From assembly GCA_963703345.1 (NCBI GenBank), contig OY969814.1, forward strand, positions 1,376,001 to 1,440,000: DNA of 64,000 nucleotides, written 5' to 3'. Below, piece after piece: positions 18,226-27,695 of this stretch. Within the stretch, counting starts at the first letter, position 1, and each line of letters opens with the position of its first letter. A program made the position numbers and the translations under genes. The notes under the pieces are model-generated. The model was not told where the DNA came from, did no database searches, and worked only from the letters and a program-made list of their open reading frames with translations. Origin of the DNA: an uncultured Chloroflexia bacterium (GTDB lineage Bacteria > Chloroflexota > Dehalococcoidia > DSTF01 > JALHUB01).

Positions 18226-19722
18226 ATGACCCCTCGCGTCCGCTTCGCCCCTAGCCCGACGGGCATCCCGCACGTCGGCAACATACGTACCGCTCTCTTC
18301 AACTGGCTGTTCGCCCGACACGAAGGCGGCCGCTTCGTGCTGCGCATCGAGGACACCGACCAGACGCGTCTCGTCTCCGATGCCCTCGACGCCATCCTCG
18401 AAAGCCTGCGCTGGCTCGGCCTCGACTGGGACGAAGGCCCGGAGGTCGGCGGGTCGTACGGTCCTTATTTCCAGTCGGAGCGGCTGGAGCGTTATCATCG
18501 CGCCGCCACCGAGCTCATCGCCGGGGACGCCGCCTATCGCTGCTACTGCTCGCCGGAGCGGCTGGAGCAGGTCCGCGCCGAGCAGACGCGTCGCAAGGAA
18601 CCGCCGCGCTACGACCGTCGCTGCCGCAATCTCGGCGAGGCGGAGTGCGCGCAGGAGGAGGGGAAGGGAACAACGCCGGTCGTGCGCTTCAAGACGCCGC
18701 TTTCCGGCCGCACGGAGTTCGACGACGCCGTCCGCGGCCGCGTCGTCTTCGAGAATGAGACGCTGGACGACTTCGTGATCCTGAAGTCGGACGGCTTTCC
18801 CACCTATCACCTGGCCAACGTCGTCGACGACAACCTGATGGAGATAAGCCACGTCCTTCGCGCCGACGAGTGGCTTCCGAGCACACCGCGCCACCTGCTG
18901 CTCTACGCCGCGCTCGGCTACGCGCCGCCGGTGTTCGCCCACCTGCCGATGATCCTGGGCACCGACCGAGCGAAGCTCAGCAAGCGGCACGGCGCCGTCT
19001 CACTGCTGGAGTACAAGCGCCAGGGCTACCTGCCGGAAGCCATGTTCAACTTCCTCGGCCTGCTCGGCTGGTCGCTGGACGACCACACGGAGGTCATCTC
19101 GCGGGAGGAGTTCATCCGCGCCTTCAGCCTGCAGCGCATCGTCAAGAACCCGGCCATCTTCGACGTCGAGAAGCTGACCTGGATGAACGGCGTCTACATT
19201 CGCCAGATTCCCGTGGAGCGACTGGCGGAGCTCCTCAGCGAACGTCTTGAAGAGGACCTGCCTCCCGAGGTTCCGCGTCCGCTCGACAGGGCCTATGTCG
19301 CTCGCATCGTGCCGCTCGTGCAGGAGCGCATCAAGCGCCTCGACGAGGCGGTGGCGCTGACGGCGTTCTTCTTCGTCGAAGGGCCGCTGGAATATCCGGC
19401 GGAGCTGTTGCTGGGTAAGCGCCCAGACGGGCGCCCGTATGGGCGCTTCGCGGCCAAGCCGGACGACGCGTCGCAGGCGCTGGCGAAGGCGATCGAGCGC
19501 CTGGAAGCCGTCGAAGATTGGCGCCACGATGTGCTGGAGGGCGTGCTGCGTCCTCTCGCCGAGGAGCTCGGCCTAAAGGCGGGCGATCTGTTCATGCTCA
19601 TTCGTGTCGCCGTCACCGGCCAGACCGCGACGCCGCCGCTGTTCGAGACGATGGAGGTCCTCGGCCGCGACCGGTCACTCGCCCGCCTCCGCGACGCCCT
19701 CCGCCGCCTCGGTCCCCCTTGA
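18226..19722 (+). CDS. gltX: Glutamate--tRNA ligase
   Basis: RFAPSPTG, HVGN, RIEDTD, KLSKR. Confidence 0.97.
   Translation: MTPRVRFAPSPTGIPHVGNIRTALFNWLFARHEGGRFVLRIEDTDQTRLVSDALDAILESLRWLGLDWDEGPEVGGSYGPYFQSERLERYHRAATELIAGDAAYRCYCSPERLEQVRAEQTRRKEPPRYDRRCRNLGEAECAQEEGKGTTPVVRFKTPLSGRTEFDDAVRGRVVFENETLDDFVILKSDGFPTYHLANVVDDNLMEISHVLRADEWLPSTPRHLLLYAALGYAPPVFAHLPMILGTDRAKLSKRHGAVSLLEYKRQGYLPEAMFNFLGLLGWSLDDHTEVISREEFIRAFSLQRIVKNPAIFDVEKLTWMNGVYIRQIPVERLAELLSERLEEDLPPEVPRPLDRAYVARIVPLVQERIKRLDEAVALTAFFFVEGPLEYPAELLLGKRPDGRPYGRFAAKPDDASQALAKAIERLEAVEDWRHDVLEGVLRPLAEELGLKAGDLFMLIRVAVTGQTATPPLFETMEVLGRDRSLARLRDALRRLGPP
19417..19448. repeat. 32-bp near-perfect palindrome inside gltX
   Basis: AAGCGCCCAGACGGGCGCCCGTATGGGCGCTT is self-complementary except for one pair. 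Confidence 0.8.
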
Positions 19723-19755
19723 CGCTGTGGTCGACCCTCAATGTCCCGTAGCGAC

Positions 19756-19780
19756 GTAGCCGAGGCTTTCCACCCTCGGC
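19756..19780 (+). repeat. REP-like GTAG hairpin
   Basis: GTA-GCCGAGG-CTTTCCAC-CCTCGGC. Confidence 0.5.
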
Positions 19781-19843
19781 GTCCACCCGCGCGCAGCTTC
19801 GGTTTACGGCCGTCCCTCCCCATGCTAAACTGGCATGGCTCGC

Positions 19844-19917
19844 TGGGGAGTCGTCTAGTGGTAGGACAGCGGACTCTGGATCCGTATGCGGGGGTTCGAA
19901 TCCTCCCTCCCCAGCCA
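19844..19917 (+). tRNA. tRNA-Gln (CUG)
   Basis: TGGGGAGTCGTCTAGTGGTAGGAC..GCGGA-CT-CTG-GA-TCCGT..GTTCGAATCC..CCCCAGCCA. Confidence 0.95.
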
Positions 19918-19974
19918 GCTTCAGCCATCGCGCCGTTGTTGTCGGCCGAATTCGTTTCGGGCATAATTGGGAAT

Positions 19975-20051
19975 GGCGCATTCGTCTAGCGGCCCAGGAC
20001 ACCGCCCTCTCAAGGCGGAGATCGCGGGTTCGAATCCCGCATGCGCTACCA
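19975..20051 (+). tRNA. tRNA-Glu (CUC)
   Basis: GGCGCATTCGTCTAGCGG..CCGCC-CT-CTC-AA-GGCGG..GTTCGAATCCC..GCGCTACCA. Confidence 0.95.
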
Positions 20052-20146
20052 AAGACGCACACGAAGGCAGGAACGGCCCCGATGCCTCCTGCCTTCTTCG
20101 CCCTCCACTCCCGGCCGCGGCCTCCGATAACATGAGGTGAACGAAC

Positions 20147-21193
20147 ATGAAGACAACCGACTTCCGCAGCGACACCGTCACCCTGCCGACGCCCGCCATG
20201 CGCGACGCCATCGCCCGCGCTGAGCTCGGCGACGACGTCTACCACGAAGACCCCACCGTCAACCGCCTGCAACGCATGGCCGCCGATATGCTGGGCAAAG
20301 AGGACGCTCTCTTTGTCGCCAGCGGCACGATGGCCAACGTGGTCGCCGTCCTCACGCACTGCGAGGCGGATGACCGCCTGCTCGTCGGCAGCGAGGCGCA
20401 CATCCATTACTACGAAGGCGACGGCATGCGCCGACTAGCCGGCGTGGACATCCGCACGCTCCCCAACGACGCTCACGGCCGCATAGAGCCGTCGGCGCTG
20501 GAGGAAACGCTCTGGGAGAGCGAAGGTAAGCCCATCGATCTCGTCTGCCTGGAGAACACCCACATGCGCTGCGGCGGCGTGACTCTGAGCGCTGCTTACA
20601 CGTCCAAGATCGCCTCCGTCGCGCATGACCGCGGCGTGCCGCTGCACCTCGACGGCGCCCGCATCTTCAACGCCGCGGTTGCCCAGGGCGTGCCGGCGGC
20701 CTCGCTGGCGGAGGACGTCGACTCCCTGATGTTCTGCCTGTCGAAGGGGCTCGCCTGCCCGGTCGGGTCGATTCTCTGCGGCAGCGCCGAGTTCATCGCC
20801 CTCGCCCGGCAGTCGCGGAAGCTGGTCGGCGGCGGGATGCGGCAGGCCGGCGTGCTGGCGGCGCCCGGAGTCGTCGCCCTGGAGTCGATGATCGACCGGC
20901 TCGCCGAGGACCATGCCAACGCCCGTATTCTCGCCGAGGGGCTTGCCGGCTTGCCCGGCGTAACCATCGACCTGCCAGCCGTCGAGACCAACATAGTCAT
21001 CTTCACCGTCGAAACCGGAGCGCCGCCGTTCCTCGCCGCGATTGCCGAGGAAGGCATTCTCGCCCTGCCGGTTGGGCCGGATAGGGTGCGAATGATAACG
21101 CACTGCGACATATCGCGCGCAGATGTCGAGGAGGCCCTGGAGCGCATGGAGCGCGTTCTCCGTCGCGGCAACGTGGAGCAGGCCGCCGGCTAG
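20147..21193 (+). CDS. ltaE: Low-specificity L-threonine aldolase
   Basis: DFRSDTVT, GDDVY.ED, SGTMAN, LENTH, HLDGAR, CLSKGL..PVGS. Confidence 0.92.
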   Translation: MKTTDFRSDTVTLPTPAMRDAIARAELGDDVYHEDPTVNRLQRMAADMLGKEDALFVASGTMANVVAVLTHCEADDRLLVGSEAHIHYYEGDGMRRLAGVDIRTLPNDAHGRIEPSALEETLWESEGKPIDLVCLENTHMRCGGVTLSAAYTSKIASVAHDRGVPLHLDGARIFNAAVAQGVPAASLAEDVDSLMFCLSKGLACPVGSILCGSAEFIALARQSRKLVGGGMRQAGVLAAPGVVALESMIDRLAEDHANARILAEGLAGLPGVTIDLPAVETNIVIFTVETGAPPFLAAIAEEGILALPVGPDRVRMITHCDISRADVEEALERMERVLRRGNVEQAAG

Positions 21194-21272
21194 ACCAACC
21201 GCTCGCCTTAAGCATCCTGCGTTTCTCACGGTTTCGCCCACTAATCTCGCCGTAACTGGCCCTTCAGCCCGT

Positions 21273-21395
21273 CGTTCCAGGGGAGTCCAGAGGGGGCTCG
21301 CCCCCTTTGGCAGCCGAAGGTCCGCCTCTGGAGGAGGTTCCAGGGGTGTCCCCTTGAACGAAGGGACTTTGCTAGGGCGGGCTGGGTGGGAAGAG
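21273..21395. repeat. Intergenic REP/MITE-like palindromic element
   Basis: GGGAGTCCAGAGGGGGCTCGCCCCCTTTGG..TCCGCCTCTGGAGGA..GGGGTGTCCCC stacked hairpins. Confidence 0.5.
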
Positions 21396-21516
21396 GATCG
21401 TCAATGTTAACGCAAGCGGCCGCCGGCACCACGCAGCGTGACCGCCTTCGACGTCGCGATCTGTGCGGCCCGCGCCGCCCGCGCCAGGGCGGCATAGCGG
21501 TGCTATAATCTCATCG

Positions 21517-24297
21517 ATGACCTCTTCTGAAGAGAAGCCTCTCCTTGTGATTCTCGACGGGCACGGAATCATTCACCGCGCCTATCATGCCTTCAAAGAG
21601 CCGCTCATCATCCGGCGGACCGGCGAGGTGGTGACCGCGGTCTACGGCCTTGCCAACACGCTGCTCAGCGTCCTCGAACAGCTCAACCCGACGCACATCG
21701 CCATCGCCCTCGACCCGCGCGGCCCAACCTTCCGCCACGAGCTCGACATAACGTACAAAGCGCAACGAGTCGCCGCGCCGGAAGACCTGACGTCGCAGAT
21801 CGGCCGCTGCATCGAGGTCATCGAAGCGTTCAACATCCCCATCTTCCGCGTTCCGGGCTTCGAGGCCGACGACGCGCTCGGCACCCTGGCGCGGCAGGCG
21901 GAAGAGAAGGACGTCGACACCTTCGTCGTTAGCCTGGACAGCGACATGGTGCAGCTCGTCGGGCCGCGCGTCCGCGTCTTCATGTTCCGGCCCTACCAGC
22001 GTGACACCGTGACCTACGACGAGCAGGCTGTGCGCGAACGCTACGGCTTCGAACCGCGACAGATGCCCGATTTCAAGGGCCTCAAAGGCGACGTTTCCGA
22101 CAACATTCCCGGCGTCCCGGGCATCGGCGAGAAGACGGCCGTCCGCCTGATCCAGCAGTTCGGCAGCCTGGAAAGCATCTACGAGCACATCGACGAAGTG
22201 GAGCCGGAGAAGCTGCGCGAGCTGCTGCGCACGCACGAAGCGCAGGCCCGCCACAGCAAGCAGATGGCGACCATCCGCACCGACGTGCCGATAACGCTCG
22301 ACCTCCAGGCGGCGCACCGGAAGCGCTTCGACCGCCAGAAGGTGCTGGACATCTTCCGCGAGCTGGAGTTCCGCAGCCTCATTCCGCGCATCCCCGAGTC
22401 GGGCGCCGAGGCTCCGGTGGAAGCGCTGCCGGCGCCGGAGGTGGCGGGCCCGGTGGAATACCACACCATTTTCACGGAGGACGACCTTCGCTCTCTCGCG
22501 CAGAGACTCCGCACGGCCGGCGCCTTCACTATCGACACGGAGACCGACGACATTCTGCCGATGCGCGCGCCCCTGGTCGGCATGTCCTTCTCGCCGGCGC
22601 CCGGGGAAGCGTACTACATCCCCGTCGGCCATCAGCCAGCGCTCGGCCAGCCGGAGCAACTGCCGCTCGCGATGGTGCTTGCCCATCTGGGCCCGCTCCT
22701 GGAGGACGAATCGCTGTCGAAGACGGCGCACAACGGCAAGTTCGACATGGTGGTGCTGGCGAACCACGGTGGCAACGTCCGCGGTTTTGCCTTCGACACG
22801 ATGATCGCCGCCTATCTCCTCGGCGAAGGCGGCAGCGCGGCCGGCGCTTCGCCCGTCGGCGGCGGCTCGCTGAGCCTGAAGTGGCTCGTCTCCAAGCGCC
22901 TGGGCATCGAGATGACGCCGATCACCGACCTCATCGGCAAGGCGGGCGCGAAGCAGCTGCCGATGAGCGCCGTCCCGATCGAGCAGGTCAGCCGCTACGC
23001 CTGCGCCGACGCCGACCTGGCGGGTCGCCTGCGCGGCGTCCTGGAGGAGGAGCTGAAGCGACAGAACCTGTGGAAGCTCTTCGCCGAAGTCGAGATGCCG
23101 CTCCTGCCGGTGCTGGCGCGAATGGAGATGACGGGCATCGCCCTCGACGTCAGCGTTCTCCGCGAGCTGTCGCAGCAACTCAGCGGCCAGATCGCTACGC
23201 TGGAGCGTGCAATCTACGACGCCGTCGGCCATGAGTTCACCATCGCTTCACCGCAGCAGTTATCCGACATCCTCTTCCGCGAGCTCGCCCTGCCGAAGCC
23301 GGCGCGTCGCACCAAGCAGGGCTACGTCACCGATGCGCTCGTGCTGGAGTCGCTGCGCGGTGTCCACCCAGTCGTCGACCTCATCCTCCAGTACCGCCAG
23401 CTCACAAAGCTGAAGTCGACCTACATCGACACCTTGCCCGGGCTGGTCAATCCGAAGACGAACCGCGTCCACACCAGCTTCAACCAGACGGTCGCCGCCA
23501 CCGGCCGCCTGTCCTCCAACGACCCGAACCTCCAGAACATACCGATTCGCTCGGAGCTGGGCGGACAGGTGCGCGCCGCCTTCATCGCCCGCGACATCGG
23601 GCCGGAGCCGCGACTCCTCGGCGCCGACTACTCGCAGGTCGAGCTGCGCATTCTTGCCCACCTCTGCGGCGACCCGCTGCTCGTGCACGCCTTCCGCGAG
23701 GACGAGGACATCCATGCGGCCACGGCGTCGGAGGTATTCGGTGTGGCGCTGGCGGAGGTCACGGCCGAGATGCGGCGTCGCGCCAAGGTCTTCAACTTCG
23801 GCGTCCTCTACGGCCTCACCGGCTTCGGTCTTTCCCAGCGCGAGGGCATCTCCCGCGAAGACGCGTCCCACTTCATAGCTACCTACTTCGAGCGCTATCC
23901 GCGGGTGAAGGAGTGGCGCGAGAAGGCGGTTGCCGACGCCCGCGCCAAGGGCTACGCCGAAACGATGATGGGCCGCCGGCGCTACGTTCCCGAGATCCAC
24001 GCCAGCAACCCGATGGTGCGCGCCGCCGCCGAGCGCATCGCCATAAACATGCCGATCCAGGGCACCGCGTCGGACGTTATCAAGGTCGCCATGAACCGCA
24101 TCGACGCCGAGCTGACGGAGCGCGGCCTGCGCTCGAAGATGCTGCTCCAGGTGCACGACGAGCTCATCTTCGAAGGTCCGCTGGCCGAGATGGACGTGCT
24201 GCGGGAGATCGTCCTGCGCCTCATGCCCGCTCCCCTCGATCTCGACGTGCCGCTGAAGATCGACGTCAAGGTCGGCAAGAACTGGGGTGAAATCTAG
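21517..24297 (+). CDS. polA: DNA polymerase I
   Basis: 5'-3' exonuclease (DG..HRA, EADD, DNIPGV.GIG.KTA), 3'-5' exonuclease DTET, polymerase DYSQVELR and QVHDE. Confidence 0.98.
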   Translation: MTSSEEKPLLVILDGHGIIHRAYHAFKEPLIIRRTGEVVTAVYGLANTLLSVLEQLNPTHIAIALDPRGPTFRHELDITYKAQRVAAPEDLTSQIGRCIEVIEAFNIPIFRVPGFEADDALGTLARQAEEKDVDTFVVSLDSDMVQLVGPRVRVFMFRPYQRDTVTYDEQAVRERYGFEPRQMPDFKGLKGDVSDNIPGVPGIGEKTAVRLIQQFGSLESIYEHIDEVEPEKLRELLRTHEAQARHSKQMATIRTDVPITLDLQAAHRKRFDRQKVLDIFRELEFRSLIPRIPESGAEAPVEALPAPEVAGPVEYHTIFTEDDLRSLAQRLRTAGAFTIDTETDDILPMRAPLVGMSFSPAPGEAYYIPVGHQPALGQPEQLPLAMVLAHLGPLLEDESLSKTAHNGKFDMVVLANHGGNVRGFAFDTMIAAYLLGEGGSAAGASPVGGGSLSLKWLVSKRLGIEMTPITDLIGKAGAKQLPMSAVPIEQVSRYACADADLAGRLRGVLEEELKRQNLWKLFAEVEMPLLPVLARMEMTGIALDVSVLRELSQQLSGQIATLERAIYDAVGHEFTIASPQQLSDILFRELALPKPARRTKQGYVTDALVLESLRGVHPVVDLILQYRQLTKLKSTYIDTLPGLVNPKTNRVHTSFNQTVAATGRLSSNDPNLQNIPIRSELGGQVRAAFIARDIGPEPRLLGADYSQVELRILAHLCGDPLLVHAFREDEDIHAATASEVFGVALAEVTAEMRRRAKVFNFGVLYGLTGFGLSQREGISREDASHFIATYFERYPRVKEWREKAVADARAKGYAETMMGRRRYVPEIHASNPMVRAAAERIAINMPIQGTASDVIKVAMNRIDAELTERGLRSKMLLQVHDELIFEGPLAEMDVLREIVLRLMPAPLDLDVPLKIDVKVGKNWGEI

Positions 24298-24324
24298 CCA
24301 ATCCTTGGGGGAGGTTGCGCCTCG

Positions 24325-25077
24325 ATGTACGAGGAACATCCAATATTCGAGAAACCAACCGATGAAAACGCAGCCATATGGCGCTATCTGGACTTTACCA
24401 AGCTAGTGTCGCTGCTGGACAGGCAAGCGCTGTTCTTCGCTCGGGCAGATACCCTGTCTGACCCATTTGAACGTTCATTACCGAAAGAGAGCGTAAGGCT
24501 TCGCCCCGTCGTCTACAAGGATATTCCGAAAGAGTCGTTGGACAAGATGCTGGCAACATTGGCGTCCCTTCACAGGGACATTAGGAAATTCGTACTCTTG
24601 AACTGCTGGCATATGAGTGAGAATGAGTCCGCCGCGATGTGGAGCCTACACCTCAAGAGCGATGAGGGCGTCGCCATTCGCTCCAGCTTCAAGAGGTTAA
24701 GCGAGTCTTTCAAGGCATGTGAGGCGCACCGCGTTTACATCGGCAAAGTTGAGTACATCGACTATCAGACGGATTGGCTCCCTGAAGCGACCGCCTTCAA
24801 CCCGTTTCTGCACAAGAGGAAGAGCTTCCAGCACGAGCGCGAGCTGAGGGCCGTAATTCTGAATCTTCCGGTCGAAGGTGCTACAGTCGATTTGCGGAAA
24901 CAGCCGGTTGAACTGGGAGCGTATGTTCCCGTCGATCTGGAGTTGCTTGCTAGCAGCGTCTATGTGGCGCCAACGGCATCTTCGTGGTTCTTGGACCTCG
25001 TGACGTCGGTGACGCAAAAGTACGGCTTCAACAAGGACGTGTTGCGCTCCGAACTGGATCAAGATCCCGTGTACTAG
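24325..25077 (+). CDS. DUF2971-like protein, AT-richer than its flanks
   Basis: IWRYLDF.K, DPFE, NCWH....ESAAMW, GVAI.S, KRKSF.HE.E.R; GGAGG SD. Confidence 0.8.
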   Translation: MYEEHPIFEKPTDENAAIWRYLDFTKLVSLLDRQALFFARADTLSDPFERSLPKESVRLRPVVYKDIPKESLDKMLATLASLHRDIRKFVLLNCWHMSENESAAMWSLHLKSDEGVAIRSSFKRLSESFKACEAHRVYIGKVEYIDYQTDWLPEATAFNPFLHKRKSFQHERELRAVILNLPVEGATVDLRKQPVELGAYVPVDLELLASSVYVAPTASSWFLDLVTSVTQKYGFNKDVLRSELDQDPVY

Positions 25078-25116
25078 TTCCGGGCCCCGTACCGGCGACC
25101 CTAATTGGCCCCAGCT

Positions 25117-25938
25117 ATGCCCGAACTCCCTGAAGTCGAAACGATTCGCCGCGACCTGCTCCCCCACGTCGTCGGGCGTACCATCACCGGCGTGCGCGTC
25201 GCGCCCGGTGCCGAGCGCGTCATCCGCGGCGACGTCGCCTTCGCTCGACGCCTCGCCGGCCGCCGCATCGACGACCTCCTCCGTCGCGGCAAGTACTTAC
25301 TGCTTCGCCTCGACAGCAAAGGAAGGCCGCTCTTCCTCGCCGTCCACCTGCGCATGACCGGCTCCCTGCTCTACCGGCGCTCCGGCGACCCGCCCGACGC
25401 CTATGTCCGAGCCGTCATCGCCCTCGACGACGGCTCAGAGCTGCGCTACGCTGACCTGCGCAAGCTCGGCCGGCTCTGGCTCGCCGATTCGCCGGAAGAG
25501 GCGACCGGGCGCCTCGGACCGGAGCCGCTCGACGCTTCGTTCACGGCCGCAAAGCTGCGCGACACGCTGTCGGGCCGGCGCGCTCCGATCAAGGCGGTCC
25601 TGCTCGACCAGCGGGCCATCGCCGGTATCGGCAACATCTACGCCGACGAGGCGCTTTTCGCCGCCCGCATCCATCCGCGTCGACTCGCCGCCGGCCTGTC
25701 CGACGCGGAAGTGACGCGACTGCACCGCGCCGTGCGACGCGTCCTCAACGACGCCCTGGGCAACCGCGGCTCCTCCTTCCGCGACTACGTCGACGCCGCC
25801 GGTCGCGAGGGGCGACACCAGTTGCGGGTGAAGGTCTTTCGTCGGACGGGGCAGCCGTGCTATGTTTGCCGGACGGAGATAGCTCGCATCAAAGTGGGCG
25901 GCCGGAGCACGCACTTCTGCCCCCACTGCCAGCCGTAA
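25117..25938 (+). CDS. mutM: Formamidopyrimidine-DNA glycosylase
   Basis: MPELPEVE, RRGKYL, HLRMTG, GIGNIYADE, C-terminal zinc finger. Confidence 0.97.
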   Translation: MPELPEVETIRRDLLPHVVGRTITGVRVAPGAERVIRGDVAFARRLAGRRIDDLLRRGKYLLLRLDSKGRPLFLAVHLRMTGSLLYRRSGDPPDAYVRAVIALDDGSELRYADLRKLGRLWLADSPEEATGRLGPEPLDASFTAAKLRDTLSGRRAPIKAVLLDQRAIAGIGNIYADEALFAARIHPRRLAAGLSDAEVTRLHRAVRRVLNDALGNRGSSFRDYVDAAGREGRHQLRVKVFRRTGQPCYVCRTEIARIKVGGRSTHFCPHCQP

Positions 25939-25958
25939 GATCGGTTTGGGAGGCGGCC

Positions 25959-26720
25959 ATGCCATCACCAAGTTACCGCGAGACCGAGATAGCCATTCTG
26001 TCAGTAGTCGAAGAAGCGGGGGGCTCGGCAAAGCCGAGCGACGTCTATCCTGCCGTAACGGCCCGGTTTCCGAAGTTGACGGACGATGACATGCGAAGCG
26101 CGTTGCCGTCGGGTGGAAACCGATGGGCCAACCGAATCCAATGGGCCAGGCAGAGTCTCGTCGTTTCCGGCCAGCTCAACCGAAAGCCCCGCGGCTTGTG
26201 GTGTATTACCGACGCCGGGCGAGCGAGGCTTAAGAAAGAGGGAAGCCTTGCGGTGCGACCTGCCTCGGTGACACGAGTCGGCGAGTCGCCTGTCGTCGAA
26301 CTTCAGCAAGAGAATCTGCACCGACAGCTTCAGAAGAAACTTCAGGAAATTGGCCACATTCTGGGCAAATTTTGCGTGTCCGAGTATCCAGAAGGACCCT
26401 ATCAATACGACGTGGTCTGGAAGGAAGACCAGAACCTCGCCAGGGCTAGCCACGTTTTCGAGATCCAACATCACGGGAACTTGGCCGACGCCCTGCTGAA
26501 ACTGAAGCATGCGCACGACGTATGGAGGTCTCGTCTTTTCCTGGTTGTGACCGGCGAAAAGGACCGCCGGAGAGTGGATCAGATTCTTGGGCCCCTTTTT
26601 TCCGGCGTATTCCATGAAATCCGGTCCGACACAATCCCACTGACACCGGAAGAGGTTGACGAACTTCATGACCTTCTGAAAAGCCACGAGCAAATGCTTC
26701 GCCAGATGCTTAGCAGCTAG
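25959..26720 (+). CDS. Mrr N-terminal winged-helix domain plus a putative PD-(D/E)xK-like nuclease domain
   Basis: SG..RW.NRIQWAR..L...G......RG.W.IT..G (Mrr_N); C-terminal YDVVW..VFEIQ..G. Confidence 0.7.
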   Translation: MPSPSYRETEIAILSVVEEAGGSAKPSDVYPAVTARFPKLTDDDMRSALPSGGNRWANRIQWARQSLVVSGQLNRKPRGLWCITDAGRARLKKEGSLAVRPASVTRVGESPVVELQQENLHRQLQKKLQEIGHILGKFCVSEYPEGPYQYDVVWKEDQNLARASHVFEIQHHGNLADALLKLKHAHDVWRSRLFLVVTGEKDRRRVDQILGPLFSGVFHEIRSDTIPLTPEEVDELHDLLKSHEQMLRQMLSS

Positions 26721-26722
26721 TC

Positions 26723-27694
26723 ATGCAGAGCAAGGACGCCATAACTGACATCGCCGGCATACGCGTCGGCCACTGGACCGACCGGCGCGCCGCCACCGGC
26801 TGTACGGTCGTCCTCTGCGAGAAGGGCGCCGTCGCCGGCATCGACGTGCGCGGCGGAGCCCCCGGCACCCGCGAGTCGTCCTTATTGCGACCGGAGACGC
26901 TTGTCCAGCAAATTCACGCCGTCTTCCTCACCGGCGGCAGCGCCTTCGGCCTCGACGTCGGCTCCGGCATCATGCGCTATCTGGAAGAGCGAGGCGTCGG
27001 CTTCGCCTACGGCGGCGCGACCGTCCCGATCGTCTGCGGCGCCGTCCTCTTCGACCTCAACGTCGGCCGCGCGGACGTGCGACCCACCGGCGAAAGCGGC
27101 TACCGCGCCTGCCTGGCGGCGAAAAGCGGGCGCATCGCTGAGGGCAGCGTCGGCGCCGGCACGGGCGCGACTGTGGCGAAGGTGCGGACGGTCGCCCACG
27201 GGCTGAAGGGCGGCGTCGGCACCGCGGCGGAACGAATCGACGACATCGTTGTCGCCGCGCTCGTCGCTGTCAACGCTTTCGGCGAGATCAGCGATGGCGA
27301 GACCGTCATCGCCGGCCCACGCGGCGCACCCGGCCGCTTCGACAGCACACTCGACATAATGCGACAGGCCGGACCTTCCGCGGGCCTGCCTCTCACGAAC
27401 ACGACCATCGGCGTCATCGCTACCAACGCCACTCTCACGAAGGTGCAGGCGACCGCCGTCGCCCAAATGGCCCACGACGGCATCGCCCGCGCCGTCCGGC
27501 CCGCCCACTCGCCCGTCGACGGCGACGTGCTCTTCGCCCTGGCCACCTGCGAGCGCGAAGAGTCCGCGAACGTGCTGGTCATCGGAGCTTTCGCCGCCCG
27601 CGCCGTCGAGCGCGCCATCATCCGCGCCGTAAAGGCGGCGACCGGGCTGGCGGGCATCCCTTCCGCTGCGGAGTGGCTCGCGATGGGACGCTAG
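26723..27694 (+). CDS. P1/S58 family peptidase (DmpA-like)
   Basis: ITDI.GIRVGH, DVRGGAPGTRE, GGSAFGL, NTTIG, DGD..FAL. Confidence 0.9.
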   Translation: MQSKDAITDIAGIRVGHWTDRRAATGCTVVLCEKGAVAGIDVRGGAPGTRESSLLRPETLVQQIHAVFLTGGSAFGLDVGSGIMRYLEERGVGFAYGGATVPIVCGAVLFDLNVGRADVRPTGESGYRACLAAKSGRIAEGSVGAGTGATVAKVRTVAHGLKGGVGTAAERIDDIVVAALVAVNAFGEISDGETVIAGPRGAPGRFDSTLDIMRQAGPSAGLPLTNTTIGVIATNATLTKVQATAVAQMAHDGIARAVRPAHSPVDGDVLFALATCEREESANVLVIGAFAARAVERAIIRAVKAATGLAGIPSAAEWLAMGR

Positions 27695-27695
27695 C

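Noticed and set aside
21511-23232. Long antisense ORFs (here and at 58991-60862, 60856-62340, 47015-48622, 62891-63988 and others)
   Set aside because: Shadow frames of high-GC genes on the opposite strand with no recognisable motifs.
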